DNA of 64,000 bases from an uncultured Gammaproteobacteria bacterium (GTDB lineage: Bacteria; Patescibacteriota; Microgenomatia; UBA12405), in the NCBI GenBank assembly GCA_964448705.1, contig CAYUZS010000002.1, forward strand, positions 49,577 through 113,576, given 5' to 3'. Within the stretch, counting starts at the first letter, position 1. The number at the start of each line of letters is the position of its first letter. The notes below the pieces were generated by a model, which made no database searches, was not told where the DNA came from, and saw only the letters and a program-made list of their open reading frames with translations. Of the stretch, positions 17,322-26,838 are shown in pieces. The position numbers and the translations under genes are program-made.

Positions 17322-18376
17322 AATTTATCGACTGCCTTTTTGAAGTTTAACATAAATTTAGTTTCGGAAAATTGAAGAGCATTTTGTCGACAAATTTTAG
17401 GATCAAAAACTATTTTTTCAAAATTACGTAATGCTTTTGTCAGATCAGAAACAAGAGGCCGATTAAAAAGTAAACCGGTCTGGCCATCGACTATAGTTTC
17501 AGTGTTACCTCCCTGCCCCAAACCAATTACCGGCCGACCGCATGCTTGGGCTTCAAGAGCGACAAGACCAAAATCTTCCAGTTGAGGACAAATGACAGCA
17601 TGGCAATTTTGGTACAGTGTCAGTAATTTTTTGTCCGATACCTTACCGGCGAAAGTAATATTTCTATTTTTAGAGGCTAATTTTTTTAGTTTTTTTTCTT
17701 CACGGCCGGTGCCGACAATTATCAAATTTTGGGGAAATTCTTTAAAGGCCTTGATGACCAAATCAATATTTTTATGAGCAACTAATCGGGTAACTATAAG
17801 ATAGTAATCCGAAGTCGGACGGTTGAGCGGTTTAAAATAATCAGTGTCGATACCGGGATAAATTACCAATGGTTTAATATCCAACTTTTCCGATAACCGC
17901 TGCTGAACTGTTTTTGAATTGCACAAGGAGATATCCGGACGGCGGGCATATTGATAATCAAGACGGCGGTAAATATTTAATAAGGGAGACAAAAAACGAT
18001 ATTTAGGAGGAGTGAAATATAAATAACGATTTAAATTGTGGTAATAACAAATAAATTTAGTGGAAGGCGGAGTGATGAGACAATGTCCGACAACAGAGGT
18101 GGTGGAAATGACAATATCATATTGAGAAAAATCAAATTGTTCCAAGGCCAGGTCGTAAATAGGAGTGTAGACCAGAGGATTGTTTTTAGAAAACGGAAGA
18201 CGATTGATAAAAGAAGTAATAACTGAAGTTTGACGGGGAAGCCATGGAGTTTTAGAGGGATTGTGGACTAAAGTATAGACCGGAGCATCGGGATAAATTT
18301 TTATTAAAGAAAGTAAAACTTTTTCGGCACCTCCCCATTGATTCAGCCAGTCATAAAATAAAGCAACTTTAGGCAT
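17306..18376 (-). CDS. Glycosyltransferase, GT-B fold (GT4 family)
   Basis: C-terminal EDFGLVALEAQACGRPVIGLGQGGNTETIVDGQTGLLF (E-x7-E GT4 motif). Confidence 0.8.
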   Translation of the reverse strand: MPKVALFYDWLNQWGGAEKVLLSLIKIYPDAPVYTLVHNPSKTPWLPRQTSVITSFINRLPFSKNNPLVYTPIYDLALEQFDFSQYDIVISTTSVVGHCLITPPSTKFICYYHNLNRYLYFTPPKYRFLSPLLNIYRRLDYQYARRPDISLCNSKTVQQRLSEKLDIKPLVIYPGIDTDYFKPLNRPTSDYYLIVTRLVAHKNIDLVIKAFKEFPQNLIIVGTGREEKKLKKLASKNRNITFAGKVSDKKLLTLYQNCHAVICPQLEDFGLVALEAQACGRPVIGLGQGGNTETIVDGQTGLLFNRPLVSDLTKALRNFEKIVFDPKICRQNALQFSETKFMLNFKKAVDKLCREQ

Positions 18377-19478
18377 GAAGAATTTGTTGATAATAGTTGA
18401 GAGTTTCTGTGGCTGTTTTATTCCACGAGAATTTTTTAACCTGATTTTGACCGCTGGTAATTAATAATTTCCGGAGAGGCGGGTTTTGATAGAGCTTTCT
18501 GATTTGTTTAACTAAATCCTGTGGATCTTTGGGATTAAAGTATAAAACTGAATTTTCATAGATTTCGGGTAGGCAGCTGCTGTCCGAAGAAATTACAGGA
18601 CAATTGAGAGCCATGGCTTCCAAACCGGTAAGGCTGAAACCTTCAAGAAACGAGGGGTGAACTAAGGCCAGAGCCGAGGAATATATTTTGGCAAATTCGG
18701 TGTCGGGAACAAAGCCCAGGAATTCGACTCTTTTTTGCAGATGATAATCGCTAATCATTTTTTCGATCCGATCGGCAAAGACACTCCGGGCGCAAATAAT
18801 TTTTAAAGAAATTTCGGGAATAAAACGTAAAGCTTCCAAAATGACAGAAATATTTTTATGCGGATAAAGGTTACCGGTGTAGACAATATAAGGTTTTGCG
18901 GGGGAAATTTTAGTTTTTGGTGAAGACAGAAAATGAGGATCAACTGCTTCGTAGGTGGTGATTATTTTTTGCGGCGAAAAATGATAGTGGTTGATAATGT
19001 AATTCCGCCAAAAGTTGCTGGGGACAATCAGATAACTGGTTTTAAAAATGCGTTGAGTCATCAACAGATAGCCTAAATATTTTAGCCAATAGAAAAGATG
19101 GTTTTTGGTAGTGGTGGCACTGCCTTTAGAAAAATGACGGATCAAATCATGAACGGTGACGACTGATAAACCGGAATAAAAAAGAGGTTTATCGAGGTGG
19201 GTGAAGTGAACCAAATCCGGATTAAGAGAACGAAGGAGTCGGGGAAGAAATATCTGTTCCTGGAGAGTGTAATGACGAATATCGGTAGAGATGTAAGTAA
19301 ATTTTTTACCAAGATCCTTTTTGATTTCCGGCAGAATTTCGGGATAGACAAGAAGAGTGAATTTGTATTCGGAAAAATCGGGAAGTTTAGCAATAGAGAC
19401 TAAAAGATTTTTGGTGTAGCGGCCAAGACCGGTGTGTTTGGGGCCGTAAAGCCGGGCATCGATGACGATATGTTTCAT
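18369..19478 (-). CDS. Glycosyltransferase, GT4 family
   Basis: MKHIVIDARLYGPKHTGLGRYTKNL N-terminus and EGFSLTGLEAMALNCPVISSD C-terminal motif. Confidence 0.8.
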   Translation of the reverse strand: MKHIVIDARLYGPKHTGLGRYTKNLLVSIAKLPDFSEYKFTLLVYPEILPEIKKDLGKKFTYISTDIRHYTLQEQIFLPRLLRSLNPDLVHFTHLDKPLFYSGLSVVTVHDLIRHFSKGSATTTKNHLFYWLKYLGYLLMTQRIFKTSYLIVPSNFWRNYIINHYHFSPQKIITTYEAVDPHFLSSPKTKISPAKPYIVYTGNLYPHKNISVILEALRFIPEISLKIICARSVFADRIEKMISDYHLQKRVEFLGFVPDTEFAKIYSSALALVHPSFLEGFSLTGLEAMALNCPVISSDSSCLPEIYENSVLYFNPKDPQDLVKQIRKLYQNPPLRKLLITSGQNQVKKFSWNKTATETLNYYQQILHA

Positions 19479-20416
19479 AAATATTTAGCTTTTAGATAAC
19501 GATAGAGGTCGAGAAGATCAATCCCCCGCCAGACAAACCAACGGAGGAATTGAGGATAGTTTTGAATCAAATTTTCGCGATAAAAAATTCTCATAGCCTC
19601 GGTTGTGGCTTTGGCGGAACGTATTTTTGTTTCCCGACTGGCCTGGCTTTTTACTTTTTTAATTCCGGATGAAATACCCTGAAAATGGGTAATTTTGAAA
19701 TAGGGAATGAAATAAAGTTTAAAATTATGTTGACGAAGCTGGTAGCAAAGATCAAGATCTTCACCATACATAAAATATTTTTCATTCCACCAACCAACAG
19801 TATCGCCGACAGACCGTTTCATCATTAAAAAGGCACCGACACAAGAATCGATGAGTTGAGGTTTGGTGTAATCGAGGTGGCCAAGAAAATAGCCGTTAAA
19901 AATTTTTGACTTGGGAAAAAGTTTGGGGATACCAAAACCAAAAAAATGCCAAAAAGTATTCCATGGATTAGGGAAACCACGGTGACATTCCGATTGAAGT
20001 TGCCCGGTGAGAGCCAGAGTGACGTAACAAGTGGCGGCATCGACCTGGGGGTGATCGTTAAAATAATCAATCATGCCGTCGAGGGTATCGGGATTGACGG
20101 TGGTATCGGGATTTAAAAAAAGGACATATTTAGAGAGTGGTGAAATTTTTTTCAGACCACGATTATTGCCGGCAGAAAATCCCAAATTTTCTTTAAGCTC
20201 CAAAAAAGTCAGAGAGATTTTGGATGAAGGATAAACCACTTTTTTGGCATCCGAGATACTGTTATCAGAGGAGGCATTATCGACAACAACGACATCCAGA
20301 GAATGGCGGAGTGATGATGAAGCAATGGACTGCAAACACTCCGTCAAAAAACTGCCGGCATTATAGTTGAGAATAACTATACTAAGAGAAGGTTTATTTT
20401 TTGGTGATGGCTTCAT
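19475..20416 (-). CDS. Glycosyltransferase, GT-A fold (GT2 family)
   Basis: LSIVILNYNAGSFLTECLQSI...VVVVDNASSDNS...DxD-type motif. Start moved to an internal Met to remove overlap with the upstream GT4. Confidence 0.8.
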   Translation of the reverse strand: MKPSPKNKPSLSIVILNYNAGSFLTECLQSIASSSLRHSLDVVVVDNASSDNSISDAKKVVYPSSKISLTFLELKENLGFSAGNNRGLKKISPLSKYVLFLNPDTTVNPDTLDGMIDYFNDHPQVDAATCYVTLALTGQLQSECHRGFPNPWNTFWHFFGFGIPKLFPKSKIFNGYFLGHLDYTKPQLIDSCVGAFLMMKRSVGDTVGWWNEKYFMYGEDLDLCYQLRQHNFKLYFIPYFKITHFQGISSGIKKVKSQASRETKIRSAKATTEAMRIFYRENLIQNYPQFLRWFVWRGIDLLDLYRYLKAKYL

Positions 20417-21605
20417 AAATTTGATTAAGTTTTTGGACACTACTTTCAAAAGAATAATTACTTTGAATTAATTTTCGGGCAGCATCCCCCATCTGACGGC
20501 GGTATTTGGTGTCATCAAAAAGACGATAAACATTTTTTAGGATTTCTTTTTTGGGACAGACAATGGCATGATAATAATTTTTTATTTTAATATTACCCAT
20601 TCCCCCTTCCGGATTGGTGATTACCGGGAGACCGAAAGTCATGCCTTCAAGAAATTTATTACGGGTTCCTCCGCCGCTGCCCATGGGAGCCAGAAGCAGC
20701 CAGCTGTATTCGTAATAATATTGAGGATCTTTTAGACCGTCAACTTCGGCTTCGGCAACGATGATGTCCGGAGAATCATATTTACTGAAAAATTCCGGAG
20801 CATTACGGCCAATAATGTAAAGTTTGGCCGTGGGATAACGTTTTTTAATAGAAGGCCAATAATCAGAAATAATCATTTCCACCGATTCCCGATTCTGCAT
20901 CCATTTCATATTCGAAGCACCGAAAAGAACGGAAGGGAAAGGAGATTTTTTGGTTTTTTGAGGCAAACTGAAATATTCCGGATCAACGGCATCATCAAAG
21001 ACTTGGATATCATGACGACCGGTGACTTTGGTAACAAAATCTTTGTCGTCATGGCTAAACATAATAACGGTATGAGTATTTTTCCAATAACGGGTTTCCC
21101 AATATTTAAGTTTAAGAACATCCAAGGCTAAGAAAGGAGCAATTATTTTTTTCCAACCGCTTAAACCTTCAACATAATGCTGGTAGATGGCATATTCTAT
21201 GGTGACATCGACCATTATTAATGGGATATCAGTTTTAGGAATGTTGGGCATGGGGTAGAGACAGTCGCAGTGAATCAAATCGTATTTGCCGGTGGCCAAT
21301 TCAGAAGAAATGGCGGCTTTAAATTCGTCATTAATGTAATTGACAAGCAAAAAGGGATAAAAACTAAAACCGGCAGATAAAATATTTTTTAAACTCCAGG
21401 TTGAACCCCGTTTAACCAAGATTACTTTTTGACAGTATTTAGTGAGATCTTTTAGGCCTTCGTCATTACGGCTATAACAAATAAGAGTAATATCGTTGGT
21501 CTTGGAGAGATATTTAAGAGTGAAAAAAGAATGTCTTTGACCGCCGGACTGATGGAGCCGGGGGATGTAAGGGGTGATCATGAGGATTTTTCTTTTTTTT
21601 GTCAT
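20394..21605 (-). CDS. Glycosyltransferase, GT4 family
   Basis: KILMITPYIPRLHQSGGQRHSFF N-terminus and GSGGGTRNKFLEGMTFGLPVITN C-terminus. Confidence 0.75.
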   Translation of the reverse strand: MTKKRKILMITPYIPRLHQSGGQRHSFFTLKYLSKTNDITLICYSRNDEGLKDLTKYCQKVILVKRGSTWSLKNILSAGFSFYPFLLVNYINDEFKAAISSELATGKYDLIHCDCLYPMPNIPKTDIPLIMVDVTIEYAIYQHYVEGLSGWKKIIAPFLALDVLKLKYWETRYWKNTHTVIMFSHDDKDFVTKVTGRHDIQVFDDAVDPEYFSLPQKTKKSPFPSVLFGASNMKWMQNRESVEMIISDYWPSIKKRYPTAKLYIIGRNAPEFFSKYDSPDIIVAEAEVDGLKDPQYYYEYSWLLLAPMGSGGGTRNKFLEGMTFGLPVITNPEGGMGNIKIKNYYHAIVCPKKEILKNVYRLFDDTKYRRQMGDAARKLIQSNYSFESSVQKLNQIYEAITKK

Positions 21606-23047
21606 GGGGAAATTTTTAGAATAATAAAATCGTTATTTTTATAAACAGTAGGATACTTGGCCATCAATGAGTTAGTATAGTGGTCATAGTTAACTGAAAC
21701 AAGATAAATCTGGCGATTGGGAAACATGGCAATTTTTTCATCGAGATCATAGATTTCTACCGGCCAACCACTGAATCCGGTTTGATAGAGAAATGCGGTA
21801 TCACCGGTATAGGGAGCGATAATAAAACTATCTGAAGGCAGCAATTCTTGGGCTTTTTGACCGGCGGCAACAATTTGAGGATGATCGATTTGATAGTAAG
21901 TTTTGATTTTATCCCAAGAAAAATAGGTGGAAAAACTAAAGATTACGAGCATTAAAATGGCAGATAAAAATTTTGAACTGAAAAGAAATCGGTTAAGATA
22001 GTAGTAGCCAAAACCAGAGAGAATGGAAATTGAGGGAATAATTAAAACCTGATAATAATCGTGCTGAATGTTGCCCTGAGCCACTATTACGAAATAAAGG
22101 AAAACTCCAGCCAGGAGTGAAAAAGAAAAAGCTTGGGTTTTGTTTTTTTTGTATGCCAATCCCAAAAACAGAGGAATTAAGCCGAAAGCTCCGGTAATTA
22201 AATTTCCGATGCGGTCGAAAAAAAGCCAACGCCACCAATGCGGACGGAATGCGATGAGCTGATTAAGAAATGAAAGATTGTAGCCGTGATACCAAACAGG
22301 AAAAGTGGAAGTGACGCCGTTATTAAAAAGCCAATCGCTGCTGGGGATGCCGGCAGAAAATTGTTTTATCCAAAATCTCCAAGCCAAAAAAGGAGCCATA
22401 GAAATCAGAAAAAAAGGCAACAGAGAAAATAAATATTTCCGTTGACGGGAAATTAGTAACAGTGAGGGAAAAATAATAATGGCGGTGTATGGTTTAAGAA
22501 GTATGGCTATCGCCATGGCCGGGGCAGCAAAATAGGGATTAATCTGAAACAAATATAAAGTTAAAGTCATAAAGAAAACTGCAGCCGGTTCCGGTAAAAT
22601 GGTTCGGGAATAAAAAATATTAAAAGGCAGAAAGAGAAAAACACTCATGGCGAAAAAGGCTGGCCAAAATTGAGAAGTGTAGCGATAACAAATCAAAAAA
22701 ATAAGAAAAGCGGAACCAAGAGAGAAGAAAATAGAAATTAGGCGTGAGGAAACTTCCAGACCGGGATGAAAAAGATTCTGATAACCGGCTGAGAGAGCAT
22801 TATAGAGAGGAAATTCGACCATACGCCAACCCTGAGGATTTTCCTGTCCGGATTGGACATTGGAGAGGTCGTGATATTGGGGATGAAGCCAATCGATACC
22901 ATTCTGTAAATAAATTCGGGAAACAGAAGCTGTGTCTGCTTGGCGGTGAGAATGCCAGTCGGCAATAGGAGCATTTAGGCGGTAGGTACGAAGAAAAAAG
23001 CCGACGATTAAAGCCAGAACTATAAAAATTTTTCGAACAGGTGACAT
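21602..23047 (-). CDS. Polytopic GT-C-fold glycosyltransferase (PMT_2/ArnT-like, lipid-linked sugar donor)
   Basis: At least 10 hydrophobic segments. First periplasmic loop HSHRQADTASVSRIY resembles the D/E-x-x-R/Y-A block of GT39/GT83 enzymes. Confidence 0.45.
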   Translation of the reverse strand: MSPVRKIFIVLALIVGFFLRTYRLNAPIADWHSHRQADTASVSRIYLQNGIDWLHPQYHDLSNVQSGQENPQGWRMVEFPLYNALSAGYQNLFHPGLEVSSRLISIFFSLGSAFLIFLICYRYTSQFWPAFFAMSVFLFLPFNIFYSRTILPEPAAVFFMTLTLYLFQINPYFAAPAMAIAILLKPYTAIIIFPSLLLISRQRKYLFSLLPFFLISMAPFLAWRFWIKQFSAGIPSSDWLFNNGVTSTFPVWYHGYNLSFLNQLIAFRPHWWRWLFFDRIGNLITGAFGLIPLFLGLAYKKNKTQAFSFSLLAGVFLYFVIVAQGNIQHDYYQVLIIPSISILSGFGYYYLNRFLFSSKFLSAILMLVIFSFSTYFSWDKIKTYYQIDHPQIVAAGQKAQELLPSDSFIIAPYTGDTAFLYQTGFSGWPVEIYDLDEKIAMFPNRQIYLVSVNYDHYTNSLMAKYPTVYKNNDFIILKISP

Positions 23048-24444
23048 TATGAACGAAGATGAAGAGACTGATAATAGAGTCCCATCATTATCCAGAACAA
23101 ATAAGCGGTTTTTGAAGCCTCAAAACTGTCGATTAAAGTGGCATTGGCTAAAAAGGTTATTAAGGCACCAAAAAATATTAAAGGAACCGGAGAAGAATTT
23201 TTGGAAAAAATCAAAGGAATAGTACGAACCACAAAATATAAAATAATGGATCCGAAAGTAAGGAAACCTAATATTCCGCTTTCGCCTAGAGTACGGAGAT
23301 AATCGTTGTCCGTGGCTAAAGTTATAGAACCTAAACCGGTACCGACAAAAGGATTTTTCTTAAAGGCATTAACCGCTCTGGGCCATTCGACATTAAAACG
23401 AATTTCACCGGATCTGGCAACTCCGACATCGGTATCAACAGGAATATATTCTATAACCGGCGGATGACGGAAGACGGTGGGGATGGGGGTGGAGAGAGGA
23501 GAAACTACACCCGGAGTGGTGACAACAGCGACCGGAGATGAAGCTGTAGTGGGAGTGGGGGCAACAGTAGGAACTAAATTAACAGAACTGCCGGTGATTT
23601 GGTTTCTTAAAGCGGGTATGGTGGCCAGTAAACGCTGATTTAGATCTTTGGAATTGAAGAGACTGTAAGTGAAAATTAAAGTTACGGGAATAATCCATAA
23701 ATAACGACGGAGAACGATGATGGTGAGACACATACCGCCAAAAAAAGCGAAGTTTGAAACCCTGGAAGCGGTTAGGGTTAACATATAAAAAGAAATCAGC
23801 CAGATGATGATGTTAAAAATTTTGAGCCAGATATTTTTTTGAATAATTATCATTCCACCAAAAATTACCAGAATAATACTAAGATAAACAGCTAAATCAT
23901 AATGGCCGGCAAAAGTTGAACTGATACGGGTCCAAGTGTCCATCTGCAACAACTGGCCTTTGGAAAATTCTTCGTTCATGGTGGAAATTACCGGAAAATG
24001 AAGAAATTTTTGTCCAAGACCATAGATAATTACGCCAATGTTGGCTAGTGTCAGAAAGAAATAGGGAAAATGAAAATCAGATCTTTTAGTGATGGTAGTG
24101 ACAGTGATAAAAAACAAAGACATATATTCAAAACGGCGAAAATAGTTGAGGAGGAGAACATGACGGGAGTCGGTTTGAAAAATTAGAACAGCAGTAACCA
24201 GACTGGCGGTTATGGCTGCAAAATAGGCAAAAAATAACCAAGTAATTTTTACTTTAAAAATAGGAAAACGATGAGTAATCTGGTAAATTATCCATGCGAT
24301 AACAGCCAAGGCAACGACGATATCATCCAAACGAATGGCGACATAAGTACCGGAGACATTAGCTAAGGGAAATTTTGGATAGAGAGGAATAAATAGAATA
24401 AGAACAGCCAGAATTGATTTTAAGAGAGAAGATTTTTTAAGCAT
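23047..24444 (-). CDS. O-antigen ligase / polymerase-like (Wzy_C family) membrane protein with Pro/Thr/Ser-rich segment
   Basis: 12 or more TM segments and a large loop. LVPTVAPTPTTASSPVAVVTTPGVVSPLSTPIPTVF low-complexity linker. Confidence 0.4.
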   Translation of the reverse strand: MLKKSSLLKSILAVLILFIPLYPKFPLANVSGTYVAIRLDDIVVALAVIAWIIYQITHRFPIFKVKITWLFFAYFAAITASLVTAVLIFQTDSRHVLLLNYFRRFEYMSLFFITVTTITKRSDFHFPYFFLTLANIGVIIYGLGQKFLHFPVISTMNEEFSKGQLLQMDTWTRISSTFAGHYDLAVYLSIILVIFGGMIIIQKNIWLKIFNIIIWLISFYMLTLTASRVSNFAFFGGMCLTIIVLRRYLWIIPVTLIFTYSLFNSKDLNQRLLATIPALRNQITGSSVNLVPTVAPTPTTASSPVAVVTTPGVVSPLSTPIPTVFRHPPVIEYIPVDTDVGVARSGEIRFNVEWPRAVNAFKKNPFVGTGLGSITLATDNDYLRTLGESGILGFLTFGSIILYFVVRTIPLIFSKNSSPVPLIFFGALITFLANATLIDSFEASKTAYLFWIMMGLYYQSLHLRS

Positions 24445-25360
24445 GGGAAAATAGTTTATAGATAGTAGAGTGAAGTAGACGGTTGATATTAATTAGGATA
24501 GCAACTATTTGTTTTTTTGGCGAACCGTAATGTTTTTCAAAAAAATGAAATATACCCTGATGTTCCAGTTGATAAATTGACTGCCGATTTTTAGCGGAAG
24601 AACCTCCGAGATGAATAATTTGAGGGCCGACTAGGTACCACAACTGAGATTTCGGGAAACGTCGATGAATCCGAAAACATAATTCCAATTCTTCACCATA
24701 CATAAAATAGTTTTCATCAAATCCCCCAACCTCTTCAAAAAAATTCTTTCGGATCATCATGAAAGCTCCAGTTATCCAGTCCTGAGGATGATCGTGAAGA
24801 TAGTAGCGGTCGTGAGTATAGAATTGCGGAGAATGGGGATGAATAGGTTTGATAAGATGGTTAACCAGAGGCAAATCATCAAGTCCGAGACACCAGGCAG
24901 CAGTGTTTAAAAGATTAGGAAAATAACCGCCGCTGGGTTGAATGGTTTTATCCTGATTTAATAACTGAGCTGTACAGGCGTAACTTTCAGGATGAGAAGA
25001 TAACCAATCCAAAGTTTGGCTGATGGCGGAATGAAGAATAATAGTATCGGAGTTTAGAAGTAAAAGATAATTTCCTTTGGCGGCTTTGGCACCCTGATTA
25101 TTAGCTTTTCCAAAACCATAGTTTTGGTGATTTTCAATTATTTTGAGAGGTTGTTTAAGTTTTTTTAACTGAGAAACAGTTTGGTCCGAAGAATTATTAT
25201 CAACAATAATTATTTCGGCCGGAATTTTAGAAGAAGAATCGGTGCTGCTTAGATTAAAATCAAGATTTTTATCGGCAAAGATCGATTTTAAACAATCAAG
25301 AACAAGCTGACTGGTGTTATAGCTGACAATGATTATGGAAAGAACAGGAAGATTAACCAT
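24437..25360 (-). CDS. Glycosyltransferase, GT2 family
   Basis: LSIIIVSYNTSQLVLDCL...IIIVDNNSSD N-terminal GT-A motifs. Confidence 0.8.
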   Translation of the reverse strand: MVNLPVLSIIIVSYNTSQLVLDCLKSIFADKNLDFNLSSTDSSSKIPAEIIIVDNNSSDQTVSQLKKLKQPLKIIENHQNYGFGKANNQGAKAAKGNYLLLLNSDTIILHSAISQTLDWLSSHPESYACTAQLLNQDKTIQPSGGYFPNLLNTAAWCLGLDDLPLVNHLIKPIHPHSPQFYTHDRYYLHDHPQDWITGAFMMIRKNFFEEVGGFDENYFMYGEELELCFRIHRRFPKSQLWYLVGPQIIHLGGSSAKNRQSIYQLEHQGIFHFFEKHYGSPKKQIVAILININRLLHSTIYKLFSHA

Positions 25361-25898
25361 TTTTGGTAAAGAAGACTTTTTTAATGGCTATAAAGGCGAA
25401 AAGATAGGCAGCTTCGATAGTGAAAAAAGTAATAAGCCTGGCAGCAACGGTGGTGGGGAAAACTTTTATGGTAACTTTTGAAAAATATTCCTGGTCGTGA
25501 TAGATCAGTTTGTTAACCACTTTTTTTTCTTCTTTTGTAAAAGGATCATTTTGCCATTCAAAGCCGTTGATAAAAACAGATTCTTCCAGAGGCAAAATAT
25601 ATTCTTCCAAATAATTACTTTGCATGGTGTCGACAATCACATCACGGGATCTTTCCGGAGGATGGTTAAGTTTTATCCGAAAAAGACCATTGAAATTGGC
25701 TTTATAAAATGTGGTGACTTCGGAACGGCTGAGATTAGTAAAATAGGCGGAAACATTTTTTAACTGAGTAGTGTCGCCGGGGAGATCAGATTTTACGGAA
25801 TCGGTTAAGTCCGGAAGTTTGGGAAGCGGGGCGAGTAGATAAGCAACTGCCAGCAAATTAAAAACAACGAAAATAGTAAGTAGAATTTTTTTGATCAC
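25353..25898 (-). CDS. Hypothetical membrane protein (TM at both ends)
   Basis: 181 aa with hydrophobic segments at the N- and C-termini. No recognisable motif. Confidence 0.3.
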   Translation of the reverse strand: MIKKILLTIFVVFNLLAVAYLLAPLPKLPDLTDSVKSDLPGDTTQLKNVSAYFTNLSRSEVTTFYKANFNGLFRIKLNHPPERSRDVIVDTMQSNYLEEYILPLEESVFINGFEWQNDPFTKEEKKVVNKLIYHDQEYFSKVTIKVFPTTVAARLITFFTIEAAYLFAFIAIKKVFFTKNG

Positions 25899-26512
25899 TG
25901 AAAAAGCATGGCTCTGCCGAGTCGGTAGTGAAGATCCTGCGGGCGATCGTTTATTTTTTTAGCAGGAACTCCTCCCCAAATTTCATATTCAGGAATATCT
26001 TTGGTGACAACAGCCCCGGCGGCAACGACTGCACCTTTGCCGATGGTGATGTTGGGAAGAATAATGACTCTGGGTCCAATAAAGACATAATCATTAATTG
26101 TTACCGGTCCGAATGAATTGCCATAATCCGGAGAATTAATATCGTGTTCATCGTTGTAGATCATGACATCGGTGGCGATACCAACATGACTGCCGATGGT
26201 TAATGGGGCGCGGCCGTCGAGGAAACAATTGCCGCCGACAATAGTGTCTTGACCAATGGTGACACCATTGGGATTAAAAAAATTGGCTCCCATATGAATA
26301 GTAGAGTTGAAAGGCATTTTGACACCAGATAGAAGATAAAAAAGTTTTCGTATGGTGTGTATCGGGATAAAACCGACAATCCGGAGTATTAAGAGCCAGA
26401 ACTCCAAAAAAATAGTTTTGAGACGATTAATAGCTTTGGCAAAGAAGTTTTTGGAGTTTAGTTTTTGACCAACTGTTTCATGCATAGTTTGATTATACAA
26501 AATAGAGATCAA
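25895..26512 (-). CDS. Sugar O-acetyltransferase, left-handed beta-helix (hexapeptide repeat) family
   Basis: Repeated [LIV]-G-x-x-x-x-I hexapeptides (IGSHVGIATDVMIY...IGPRVIILPNITIGKGAVVAAGAVV). N-terminal TM. Confidence 0.8.
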   Translation of the reverse strand: MISILYNQTMHETVGQKLNSKNFFAKAINRLKTIFLEFWLLILRIVGFIPIHTIRKLFYLLSGVKMPFNSTIHMGANFFNPNGVTIGQDTIVGGNCFLDGRAPLTIGSHVGIATDVMIYNDEHDINSPDYGNSFGPVTINDYVFIGPRVIILPNITIGKGAVVAAGAVVTKDIPEYEIWGGVPAKKINDRPQDLHYRLGRAMLFQ

Positions 26513-26556
26513 TAAAAATAATTTGAATATTATAAGATAGCCTGTTAAAATGAGGT

Positions 26557-26838
26557 ATGAGCGAAAGAGAGATTATGATTGAAGAGAGAGATGAAATTAT
26601 GGCAGTAATCGGATGTTTGCCGGTGGGATTACGGAAGGCTAATATGTTTTTTGGAATTGATGCTGAGGTAGGAGCAGTAGATGTAGATGTTGAGGTATCG
26701 ACAGACGGAACTATTGAGGAAATCATATACTGCCCTTGTTTACAGGATGGAAATATATGTCGATCCTGTGTTGAAGTTCAAGGTTTTTCTTGGACATGTA
26801 AACCAAGACTAATCGAACCAGAAGAAAACACTCTTTAA
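26557..26838 (+). CDS. Questionable small Cys-rich ORF in a 320-bp gap
   Basis: Acidic N-half (MSEREIMIEERDEIM) and C-half YCPCLQDGNICRSCVEVQGFSWTCK (5 Cys). No strong RBS. Opposite-strand ORF 26493-26726 is low-complexity (STSTSTAPTSAS) and equally doubtful. Confidence 0.2.
   Translation: MSEREIMIEERDEIMAVIGCLPVGLRKANMFFGIDAEVGAVDVDVEVSTDGTIEEIIYCPCLQDGNICRSCVEVQGFSWTCKPRLIEPEENTL

Noticed and set aside
26493-26726. 77-aa minus-strand ORF with STSTSTAPTSAS low-complexity N-terminus
   Set aside because: It overlaps the acetyltransferase start, has biased composition and no motif. It was kept only as part of the finding on the 320-bp gap, not as a gene.
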